Assembly: GCA_964479445.1 (NCBI GenBank)
Contig: CAYZMH010000002.1
Span: forward strand, 43,367-107,366
DNA: 64,000 nt
DNA from: an uncultured Bacteroidaceae bacterium
GTDB taxonomy: Bacteria > Bacteroidota > Bacteroidia > Bacteroidales > GCA-2748055
Reading direction: 5' to 3'
Shown here: positions 47,006-54,857 of the stretch, one piece after another
Layout: every line of letters begins with the position of its first letter
Position numbering within the stretch: the stretch's first letter is position 1
Program-made: the position numbers and the translations under genes
Notes under the pieces: generated by a model
Told to the model about the DNA's origin: nothing
The model's input: only the letters and a program-made list of their open reading frames with translations
The model's database searches: none

Positions 47006-49105
47006 TTAAAAACGCAATCCCATAACCAATACATCATCAATCTGGTCCATATCTCCTTTCCATTCATCAAAGACCATTCGTAGTATCTTTTCTTGCTCTT
47101 CCATCGGCCGGTCATGCATTTCTAATAATAAATCTTTGAAGGGACGATACTTGAATTTCTTACCCTGGGGGCCTCCAAACTGATCGGGAAAACCGTCTGA
47201 AAATAGATAAATTCGGTCACCCTGTTTTAACGTTATGGTTTCCCTGGTAAAGTCCGTCATATTATCATAATAAGCAACTGGCATGTTATTACCCTTATAC
47301 TCATTCATTTTCCCTTTATGTATGATGTACATTGGGTTATTTGCACCAGAGAATTCAAGATCTCGTGTTGATGGATCATAAATCAGAACCACCATATCCA
47401 TACCGTCTTTCTGTTCACCGGGTTTTCCTTCCTGCTTCAGGGTGCGTGCTATGCTGCTTCGGAGTTGATTGAGTATTTCATCAGCCTGAATAACATCTTT
47501 TTCGTTGACAATTTCGTGCAACAAAGTTATTCCCAGCATGCTCATAAGGGATCCGGGTACACCATGACCAGTGCAATCCACAGCAGCAATCACAATCTTA
47601 TTTTCTTTTTGAGCAATCCAATAGAAATCCCCGCTTACAATATCCCTGGGCCTGAAAAAGATAAAATGCTCTGCAAAAAGATTTTCAAATACTTCGTTCG
47701 GCGGAAGAACAGTGCTCTGGATCTTCTTGGCATAATCAAAACTGTACTTAATCTCCTTATTTTGCTTTTCAATCTGCTCCTTTTGAAGTTGGATCTCCAG
47801 GGTTCTCTCTTTTACTTTATCTTCTAACTCCCTGTTGACCTTATCCTTTAAAATGGCATTTTCACGCAATTGATCTATTATTCTTCGTTGCGCTCGCTCG
47901 CGGTCACGTTTGAGCAGGTTGATCTTTTCACCCATACCAACTGAAAAAGTAATAATCTGCAGAGTAACCCCAATTTCCAGCCCATGTTTGCCAATGGTGA
48001 AATTTTTTAATGAAAACAGAAGGATAACACCTAATATGAGAAATATATTGGCAGTCAGAAAATATCGTGCAGGTTGAAAATGCTTTTTCTTTAGGATGAA
48101 CGCGGGCACTATTGCAAGAAAGAGCGAAGCAATGGCTGCCAGAAAATTTACAGAAAGCGTCACAACAGAAGGAATCTTAAAGATGATCATGATTATGCTC
48201 ATAGCTAAGCCACCAACGGTGAATCCTATGGCAATGAGTAATATCCGATCCCAGATCTTAAGATTTTTTGAAGTGTCTAAATAGGATCTTCCAAAAAGCA
48301 GGAATGACAATAGAAATACCTGTAATAGAAGCGTATTGATCGGAGCATCTGTAAACTGGGGTGTTAACTCATAAATGTACCCCTCTTTCAGAATGAAGAA
48401 TCCCAGGAAAGCGATAATATAGAAAATGTAATAGAGGTAACTTGATTCACGTACCTTTAAATAAAGGGGAATGTGATAAAGAATCATGATGACCAGTATG
48501 CCTAAGAAGATACCGAAAAGAAGCCTCCGGGATCGATCCTTTCGAATGACTGAATCGTGGGTTGATACTGTGAAAGTCAAGTCAGTGAGTACAGAACTCT
48601 CTATCATTGCAACCCTGAGAAACAGGGTATCTCGAGTGCCTGGATTCATGTAGAATCGCAATTCATCAGAGCCACTGATATTAACATCCTTGGCTCTGGG
48701 TTGAATATTCTTTCCCGATAAACGTTCGGTAATAACTCCGTTTGGAAATTTCTGGTAAAGTTTGTATTCTCCAAATGACGAGAATATATTGGGTTGGAGA
48801 TGAAAGGATATTTGATGCGAAGAACGATTTAGAAAGATAAAACGAAACCATATACAATCCCCTGGTTCAATTGTTTCTAGCCTCAATGATGGATTTTTAA
48901 AATCCAGCTGTTGAAAATCTCTTCTGAAAGCCGGGGTAAAAAGTTCGGGAGGATGAATGTTGCATTGAGGATCGTGCAAAAATTTCATCTGATAGTCAGT
49001 GATAGATTCCTGCGAGACATAATCTGTAAGGACAATGACTTTTTGCGAGTAAGTCATTGAAGTCACCAGAAGTAATAGTATTGCTAGTATTTGGCGCATA
49101 CCCAA
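47006..49105 (-). CDS. 7TM-DISM receptor fused to a PP2C/SpoIIE-type serine phosphatase
   Basis: Signal peptide, extracytoplasmic beta-rich domain, seven predicted transmembrane helices, a coiled coil, then a SpoIIE-like domain (SGDFYW, AAVDCTGHGVPG, DGMDM, FSDGF.DQ, DDVLVMG). Confidence 0.8.
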   Translation of the reverse strand: MGMRQILAILLLLVTSMTYSQKVIVLTDYVSQESITDYQMKFLHDPQCNIHPPELFTPAFRRDFQQLDFKNPSLRLETIEPGDCIWFRFIFLNRSSHQISFHLQPNIFSSFGEYKLYQKFPNGVITERLSGKNIQPRAKDVNISGSDELRFYMNPGTRDTLFLRVAMIESSVLTDLTFTVSTHDSVIRKDRSRRLLFGIFLGILVIMILYHIPLYLKVRESSYLYYIFYIIAFLGFFILKEGYIYELTPQFTDAPINTLLLQVFLLSFLLFGRSYLDTSKNLKIWDRILLIAIGFTVGGLAMSIIMIIFKIPSVVTLSVNFLAAIASLFLAIVPAFILKKKHFQPARYFLTANIFLILGVILLFSLKNFTIGKHGLEIGVTLQIITFSVGMGEKINLLKRDRERAQRRIIDQLRENAILKDKVNRELEDKVKERTLEIQLQKEQIEKQNKEIKYSFDYAKKIQSTVLPPNEVFENLFAEHFIFFRPRDIVSGDFYWIAQKENKIVIAAVDCTGHGVPGSLMSMLGITLLHEIVNEKDVIQADEILNQLRSSIARTLKQEGKPGEQKDGMDMVVLIYDPSTRDLEFSGANNPMYIIHKGKMNEYKGNNMPVAYYDNMTDFTRETITLKQGDRIYLFSDGFPDQFGGPQGKKFKYRPFKDLLLEMHDRPMEEQEKILRMVFDEWKGDMDQIDDVLVMGLRF

Positions 49106-49177
49106 GGATGCCTTTGAAACGTAAATATATTAAAGATTGAATAATATGTTGGTATATTTTGTTAAATCCGGGGTTTA

Positions 49178-49203
49178 TTCGTGAAGTAGAAGTCTTTCAC
49201 GAA
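49178..49203. promoter_or_regulatory. perfect palindrome TTCGTGAA-N10-TTCACGAA in a divergent intergenic region (candidate operator)
   Basis: Read directly: 49178-49185 is the reverse complement of 49196-49203. It lies 73 nt upstream of the receptor gene start and 76 nt upstream of the FG-GAP gene start. Confidence 0.3.
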
Positions 49204-49278
49204 GGCTTTGAAGTGAAATTCGACACTGCCTATTGGTGTTAGGTCAAGGAAAAATGTATATTTACTCAAAAATTTTTT

Positions 49279-51354
49279 ATGTTCCGCCTCTCAACGAGAT
49301 TTGGTTCGTTTGTGCTTCTGTCTTTTCTTCTCTCCATTGCGGGTTGTCGAAGCGGCCTCAGGCAAACTCACCTCTTTAAGGACAGCTTTGATACCATGCA
49401 GAGGGGATATATATCTGCTGATGTGGGAAAATTAGCACCATTTAAATACTCCCCAAAAGCAGGGCAAAAAGCAGGCTGGACAGTTACTGCCTTTGAACCG
49501 GAAACAGGATATAGTTCTGCATGGGAGATTGTTAAAGGAGAAGATGGTCATTTTTTGAAACAAAATTACCATAACATCACTGAATCCTTCGACCTTGAAA
49601 CAAGACATACCCGACCTGCGATTATAGCAGGTGACAGCCTGTGGCAGGATTATACCATTGAGGTGCAATTTAGCCCGAATGCTCTCATGGATCAATGTGG
49701 TGTAATGTTCAGATATCAGAATGACCGAAGTTATTACTTTTTCGGAATGGATGGTAATCGACTTATGCTTAAATTAGTAGACCAGGTAACAGCCCCTTAT
49801 CGGCCCTTTGAACGTGTTCTTGCATCCAGGCGGTTTGAATGGGAAACAGGTACGAGATATGGCGCTGTGATTTCATTGAGAGAAGATAGGATTTACGCAT
49901 TGCTGAATGATTCCATTAACCTGTTAGCAAAGGATAATACCCTTAATCATGGGAAAATCGGACTTACAACGGATGTACCAGCAGATTTTTTTCAGGTTGA
50001 AGTGAAAACATTGAATTCTGAAAAAAGAAAATTAAGAAGAAAGCGACGTAAGTTAGCCAATGCCACTGCAATAAGACTTGAAGAAAATCCTAAAGCAGTA
50101 CTATGGAAAAAAGTAAAGACCATCGGATACATTGATGGTAACCACCTGCGCTTTGGAGATCTTAATGGTGATGGGCAAAAAGATGTGCTGGCAGGTCAGG
50201 CAAGACCTGAATACTCAGACGATAATGGTTATTGTGAGCTTAGTTGTCTGACTGCCATGACATTTGATGGGGAATTGCTTTGGCAAAAGGGCATTCCTGA
50301 TTCTGAGATTTCAGAAGAACATCATAACCTTCCTCTTCAGATTCATGACCTGGATGGTGATGGGAGAAAAGAAGTTATTTACGTTCAGAAAAACAACCTT
50401 ATTATAGCGGAGGGTAAGACGGGTAAGATATTAAAATCTGTTTCTCTGCCGGTTACAGGTAAGAACAATGATAACTTAGAAAAAGAACATAGTTGTTTCT
50501 TGTATTTCTGCGATTTACAGGGGAAGGACAGAGATGGGGACTTGTTATTGAAAGACTGCAATTCAGTTATTTGGGCTTATGATACACAGTTAAATCTCAT
50601 GTGGAGCCTGCCTGTTTCAAAAAGTAACTATGCCTATGCCTGGGATTTCGACAACGATGGAAAAGATGAAATAGCTACTGGATATTCTCTAATCGATAAT
50701 GACGGAACTCTGTTGTGGGATAATCACCTGTCTATTGGAGGAGAGGCATATGCTGTTACTGCAGCCCGTTTAAATCATCCGGCCGATAGCTCATTGAAGA
50801 TGATTTATGCTGCCGGTGACTGGGGCATGTTACTAAAAGATACTACCGGTAAGATAATAAAACATAATCCCGTAGGCCATATACAAAAAGTATCCATTGC
50901 GAATTACCGTGCTGATATGGATGGTTTAGAGATGATTAGCGTCAATTATTGGGGTAATCAGGGCATTGTGAATTTCTATAATGCTCAGGGAGACATTTAT
51001 AACACATTCGAGCCGGGTCCATTCGGAAGTTTATGCTTTCCTGTGAACTGGAAAGGAGACGGAGAGGAGTTCTTTTTATTAAATGCCAGTCCGGGAGACG
51101 GTGGCATGTTCAATGGCAAAGGTGAATTGGCCGTAGCCTTTCCAGATGATGGGCACCCAGAGATGTTTAATGCTGCTTTGGATGTTACAGGTGATGTGAG
51201 AGATGAGGTCATTGTCTGGAGTCACAATGAGATCTGGGTTTATACTCAGGATGATAGTCCGCGTACAGGAAAATTGTATGAACCTGTTAAAAACCCATTA
51301 TACAACTATTCTAATTATAACCTGATTGTGTCCAGACCCGGATGGAATCAATGA
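49279..51354 (+). CDS. lipoprotein with an N-terminal concanavalin/LamG-like (DUF1080-like) domain and a C-terminal FG-GAP/VCBS-type beta-propeller
   Basis: Lipobox LSIAGC and a jelly-roll-like N-domain (W.DY.IEV.F...G..FRY). A polybasic linker (KRKLRRKRRK) follows, then repeated Ca-binding-like DxDGDGxxE loops (DLNGDGQKDV, DLDGDGRKEV, DFDNDGKDEI). Confidence 0.65.
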   Translation: MFRLSTRFGSFVLLSFLLSIAGCRSGLRQTHLFKDSFDTMQRGYISADVGKLAPFKYSPKAGQKAGWTVTAFEPETGYSSAWEIVKGEDGHFLKQNYHNITESFDLETRHTRPAIIAGDSLWQDYTIEVQFSPNALMDQCGVMFRYQNDRSYYFFGMDGNRLMLKLVDQVTAPYRPFERVLASRRFEWETGTRYGAVISLREDRIYALLNDSINLLAKDNTLNHGKIGLTTDVPADFFQVEVKTLNSEKRKLRRKRRKLANATAIRLEENPKAVLWKKVKTIGYIDGNHLRFGDLNGDGQKDVLAGQARPEYSDDNGYCELSCLTAMTFDGELLWQKGIPDSEISEEHHNLPLQIHDLDGDGRKEVIYVQKNNLIIAEGKTGKILKSVSLPVTGKNNDNLEKEHSCFLYFCDLQGKDRDGDLLLKDCNSVIWAYDTQLNLMWSLPVSKSNYAYAWDFDNDGKDEIATGYSLIDNDGTLLWDNHLSIGGEAYAVTAARLNHPADSSLKMIYAAGDWGMLLKDTTGKIIKHNPVGHIQKVSIANYRADMDGLEMISVNYWGNQGIVNFYNAQGDIYNTFEPGPFGSLCFPVNWKGDGEEFFLLNASPGDGGMFNGKGELAVAFPDDGHPEMFNAALDVTGDVRDEVIVWSHNEIWVYTQDDSPRTGKLYEPVKNPLYNYSNYNLIVSRPGWNQ

Positions 51355-51470
51355 CCGATCAACGCCACAAGCGACTCCGGTTAATGAGATTGGCGAGTTC
51401 ATTATTATTTTCTTATATTGCATCAGTCCTATCATTATCCAGCAGAAATTAGATGGCGAAAGCTGGCATT

Positions 51471-51485
51471 TGGCACGAACTTTGT
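51471..51485 (+). promoter_or_regulatory. promoter-like element upstream of the low-complexity lipoprotein gene: sigma-54-like TGGCAC-N5-TTGT, or a -7 box variant GAACTTTG
   Basis: TGGCACGAACTTTGT read directly. The spacing fits the -24/-12 consensus TGGCAC-N5-TTGC with one mismatch in the -12 GC. The overlapping GAACTTTG differs from TAnnTTTG at position 1. Confidence 0.3.
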
Positions 51486-51535
51486 TTACTATAGAGTAAA
51501 CAGTTTATGAAGTAAATATACCGGGAGGAAATGTC

Positions 51536-53278
51536 ATGAAAACTTTAACATTTATATTCGTTGGTTCAGCACTGGTTCTTGCATCCTGCGGTACATCAAG
51601 GTACGCCGCCGTTTCGGAGTATGATGATGTATATTACAATGCAAGGAGAGCAGAAAAAGAAGCTGAACTGGCTGCTCAACAAGCAGCAGCAGCACAAAAT
51701 CAATCGGCAGTTACAGCCGAAGAAGCAATGGCAGCAGAGCCTGTTCCACAGCAAAACGTTAACCAGCCAGCCTATGCACAGGAGGAAGAATTAAGTGATT
51801 ATGAGAAATATCGCTTGGAAATGGAAGCAGAAATGCTGGGTGAATCCTATGAGCCGGAAGGAAGTGAAGAGCAGTATACCGATTATTCCGAAGACCAGTA
51901 TTATGAGGAAGATCAGCAGCAAGATGCTCCCGTAGTTATCAATAATAACTACTATGGAAGCGATTACTATTATTCTTCACGGATAAGACGTTTTTCAGAC
52001 AATTATTACGGATGGGATTACTATGACCCCTATTATACCGATCTTCACTTCTACACGGGTAACAGGTGGCATTGGGGATTTAACATAGGATTTGGATATC
52101 CCTCCTGGGGAGCCTCCTATTCGTATGGTTATCCCTATTACAGGCCGTATTACAGACACCATAGCTGGTATAGCCCCTGGTATTATGACAGCTGGTACTA
52201 TAGCGGGTGGCACAGCCCTTACTATTACCGTTCATATTACAGCTATGACTATTATAACGGCTACAACAGGGGGTACTACGACAGCCGCTATTACACCGCA
52301 TCATCCAACAGGTACAGCACATATTACAACAGCCGTATTCCTTCCAGGTCGTCTTATGGGTATAGCAGCCGGACACCGGGAAATAATAGCTCAAGCAAGG
52401 GGAAAACCTATAATGACCCGAGATACCGAACCAGAGGTACCTCATCTTCTGCCGGTACGGTCAGAGGTGCTTCGGGTGATACCCGGAACAAAACATTAGT
52501 GGATCCGAAATCAGATGTGAAATCCAGATCAGGTAACCAAGGCGCAACCCGCACTCGGGGCAATGATAGCGATGTAAGAGGTGCAACCCGTACGCGAACA
52601 GGTAATGAGGGAAACTCCGATGAGAATAGGACAGACAGGGGCAATCACTACGGGAATGATAAACCTGACAGGAACCCAAATGATCGCGGTAATCAGGATC
52701 CTCACAATAACAGCAAAACAAACCGATCTAATGTAGACCGGAATTCCTCCAGTGAAAGAAAGAATAATGTTAGGACAACGAGAACAGCTCCTTCGAACCG
52801 CAGTACTGTAAAAAGGAGCGGGGAGAACAGGAATAGTTCAGCAACAAGGACCTATACACCGAGTTATACCAAACCGCGAACCAGCTCCTCCTCACAATAC
52901 AACAGGAGTACGCCCAGTCGTAGTAGCAGTTCCTATTCGCGTTCGGGTAACAATAGGTCAAGCAGTAACTACTCCCGTCCAACCAATAGCTCAAGGGAAA
53001 GTTACTCTCGTTCAAGCAGCAGTTCAAGCAACAGGAAAAGCTACAGCCGCCCCAGCAGCTCAAGCAGCAGAAGCTACAGCCGCCCCAGCAGCTCAAGCCG
53101 GAGTAGAAGCTACAGCTCACCAAGTCGCTCCAGTAGTTCCAGGAGCAGCTCCTACAGTCGGTCAAGTAGCTCTCGCAGCAGCTCCTACAGCCGCTCAAGT
53201 AGTTCACGCAGTAGCTCAGGTAGTAGTGGAAGCCGCTCTTCAAGCCGAAGCTCAGGGCGATCTGGTGGCAGGCGCTAA
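51536..53278 (+). CDS. extreme low-complexity lipoprotein (acidic Q/A/E module, Tyr/Trp-rich module, Ser/Arg/Asn/Thr-rich basic tail)
   Basis: 580-codon ORF with a signal peptide and lipobox (LVLASC). GGGAGGA lies 6 nt upstream of the ATG. The composition is read directly from the translation. The gene is followed by a hairpin and an outer-membrane-protein gene. Confidence 0.7.
   Translation: MKTLTFIFVGSALVLASCGTSRYAAVSEYDDVYYNARRAEKEAELAAQQAAAAQNQSAVTAEEAMAAEPVPQQNVNQPAYAQEEELSDYEKYRLEMEAEMLGESYEPEGSEEQYTDYSEDQYYEEDQQQDAPVVINNNYYGSDYYYSSRIRRFSDNYYGWDYYDPYYTDLHFYTGNRWHWGFNIGFGYPSWGASYSYGYPYYRPYYRHHSWYSPWYYDSWYYSGWHSPYYYRSYYSYDYYNGYNRGYYDSRYYTASSNRYSTYYNSRIPSRSSYGYSSRTPGNNSSSKGKTYNDPRYRTRGTSSSAGTVRGASGDTRNKTLVDPKSDVKSRSGNQGATRTRGNDSDVRGATRTRTGNEGNSDENRTDRGNHYGNDKPDRNPNDRGNQDPHNNSKTNRSNVDRNSSSERKNNVRTTRTAPSNRSTVKRSGENRNSSATRTYTPSYTKPRTSSSSQYNRSTPSRSSSSYSRSGNNRSSSNYSRPTNSSRESYSRSSSSSSNRKSYSRPSSSSSRSYSRPSSSSRSRSYSSPSRSSSSRSSSYSRSSSSRSSSYSRSSSSRSSSGSSGSRSSSRSSGRSGGRR
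53039..53215 (+). repeat. in-frame 33-bp (11-codon) tandem repeats encoding SYSRPSSSS(S)R / SSSYSRSSSSR units
   Basis: agctacagccgccccagcagctcaagc occurs at 53039 and again at 53072 (27 identical nt), and agctacagc occurs again at 53108. gcagctcctacag occurs at 53145 and 53178 (33-nt spacing). Confidence 0.8.
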
Positions 53279-53291
53279 TACACAAATGTAA

Positions 53292-53326
53292 TCCCGGACA
53301 GGAATGGCATTCCTGCCGGGACTTTT
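53292..53326 (+). terminator. strong intercistronic hairpin with a short U-tract between the lipoprotein and the beta-barrel gene
   Basis: 13-bp stem with one bulged A (tcccgg-a-caggaat / attcctgccggga, 53292-53321) and loop ggc, followed by cTTTT. It lies 14 nt after the stop codon and 36 nt before the next ATG. Confidence 0.55.
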
Positions 53327-53361
53327 ACCGAACCTTTCGTAATCAATAAAAAGATAACGTT

Positions 53362-54837
53362 ATGAAAAAATTGTTTCCAATAATAGCACTGTGCCTGTTA
53401 ACTTCATCTTTGCTGAGGGGACAGGATCAGGTACAGGCATTGAAATATTCACAGATTTATCCGGTAGGCTCCGCACGGTTCTCATCCATGGGAGGCGCCA
53501 TGGGGGCTGTCGGCGGTGACTTTACTGCTGCCTCTGTGAATCCGGCCGGACTGGGTCTTTATCGTTCATCCGAATTGGTTTTTACACCGGTATTCTACTG
53601 GAGTAATTCAACATCAAATTATCTGGGAAATGCAGTAAAGGATACTAAATATAATCTGAATATAGGTAACCTCGGACTTGTCTCATCTTACAATACAAAC
53701 CGGGAAAACGGATTGGTAGGTGCATCTCTTGCCTTTGGATATAACGGAATGAATAATTTTCATAACAGCACCGTTATGACAGGCATCAATGAAAACTCCT
53801 CCCTTCTGGATAATTTTACGGACTTTGCTAATAACAATCCCAATAACCTTGACCCCCTCTATGAGCAACTGGCATTTGATACCTATGTAATGCCCTATGA
53901 TTCAACAGCAGGTAATTATTGGCACTACCTGCAACCTTTTGAGGATTATGACTATGATGGTTACGGTCAGGAGCAGACGAGACTGGTAGAATCCCGGGGC
54001 TATATAGGAGAATATACCTTTTCCGGTGCACTAAATATCAGTCACACCCTCTATTTTGGTGCTACAATAGGGATAAACGCCCTGCGATATTATGAAGACG
54101 TCTACCATACAGAAACTGATGTCAATAACCTGGAACCTGAATTCCACTCCTTCCGATTCAGAGAGTTTTACAGAACGAGAGGAGTAGGGTATAATTTTAA
54201 ACTTGGGGTGATCTTTAAACCCATTCATATTTTGCGGATTGGAGCATCATTCCATAGTCCTACTCTCTATAACCTGAATGATGAGAAGTTTACAGACATG
54301 AATTCAACATGGGATTCAAGTACGGGATTTCCCGATGAATCAGCTTCGTCAGCCAAGCATGCAAAGGAGTATCAACTGCAAACTCCACTCAAAGCTTCGG
54401 TCAGTGCAGCAGTGCTTGTGGGCAGATTGGGACTTGTCTCAGCTGAATATGAATATGTGGATTATAGTAAGGCCAACCTGGATAGTCCGGGATATAAGTT
54501 TTTCGATGAAAATGACGCCATTCGAAATGCTTTCCATTCAACCCATAACCTCAAAGCGGGGGCGGAAATTCGCCTGAACCCTTTGTATCTGAGGGGTGGC
54601 TTACAATATTATATGAGTCCTTTTGAAGAAGAACGTAATGGTTCCGATATCTGGGTTTACTCGGCAGGACTCGGTGTGCGGTCCAACAACACCTTCCTGG
54701 ATATTGCATACACCCTTGGAACCCGTTCCGAAGCCTATGGACTTTATGCCCATGAACCAGGTCAGGAACTGTATGAAGTGTCGATGAACGATTATGCTAT
54801 GAATAAGGTAATGGTCACCATGGGAGTAAAATTCTAA
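53362..54837 (+). CDS. outer-membrane beta-barrel protein, FadL/TodX-like (UPF0164-like)
   Basis: Signal peptide, an N-terminal GSARFSSMGGAMGAVGGD...NPAGLG motif typical of FadL-like barrels in Bacteroidota, alternating beta-strand pattern, and a C-terminal ...MGVKF aromatic terminus. Confidence 0.7.
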   Translation: MKKLFPIIALCLLTSSLLRGQDQVQALKYSQIYPVGSARFSSMGGAMGAVGGDFTAASVNPAGLGLYRSSELVFTPVFYWSNSTSNYLGNAVKDTKYNLNIGNLGLVSSYNTNRENGLVGASLAFGYNGMNNFHNSTVMTGINENSSLLDNFTDFANNNPNNLDPLYEQLAFDTYVMPYDSTAGNYWHYLQPFEDYDYDGYGQEQTRLVESRGYIGEYTFSGALNISHTLYFGATIGINALRYYEDVYHTETDVNNLEPEFHSFRFREFYRTRGVGYNFKLGVIFKPIHILRIGASFHSPTLYNLNDEKFTDMNSTWDSSTGFPDESASSAKHAKEYQLQTPLKASVSAAVLVGRLGLVSAEYEYVDYSKANLDSPGYKFFDENDAIRNAFHSTHNLKAGAEIRLNPLYLRGGLQYYMSPFEEERNGSDIWVYSAGLGVRSNNTFLDIAYTLGTRSEAYGLYAHEPGQELYEVSMNDYAMNKVMVTMGVKF

Positions 54838-54857
54838 ACCAACCATAATATAAATGC

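Noticed and set aside
52080-53285. Long alternative-frame and antisense ORFs across the low-complexity lipoprotein gene, for example 52092-52499 (+, 135 aa, T/I/A/G-rich) and 52770-53285 (-, 171 aa, Cys/Ser/Tyr-rich).
   Set aside because: Repetitive TAT/TAC and AGC/AGT/CGC codons keep every frame open. Only the 51536-53278 frame has a signal peptide, a lipobox and a start context.
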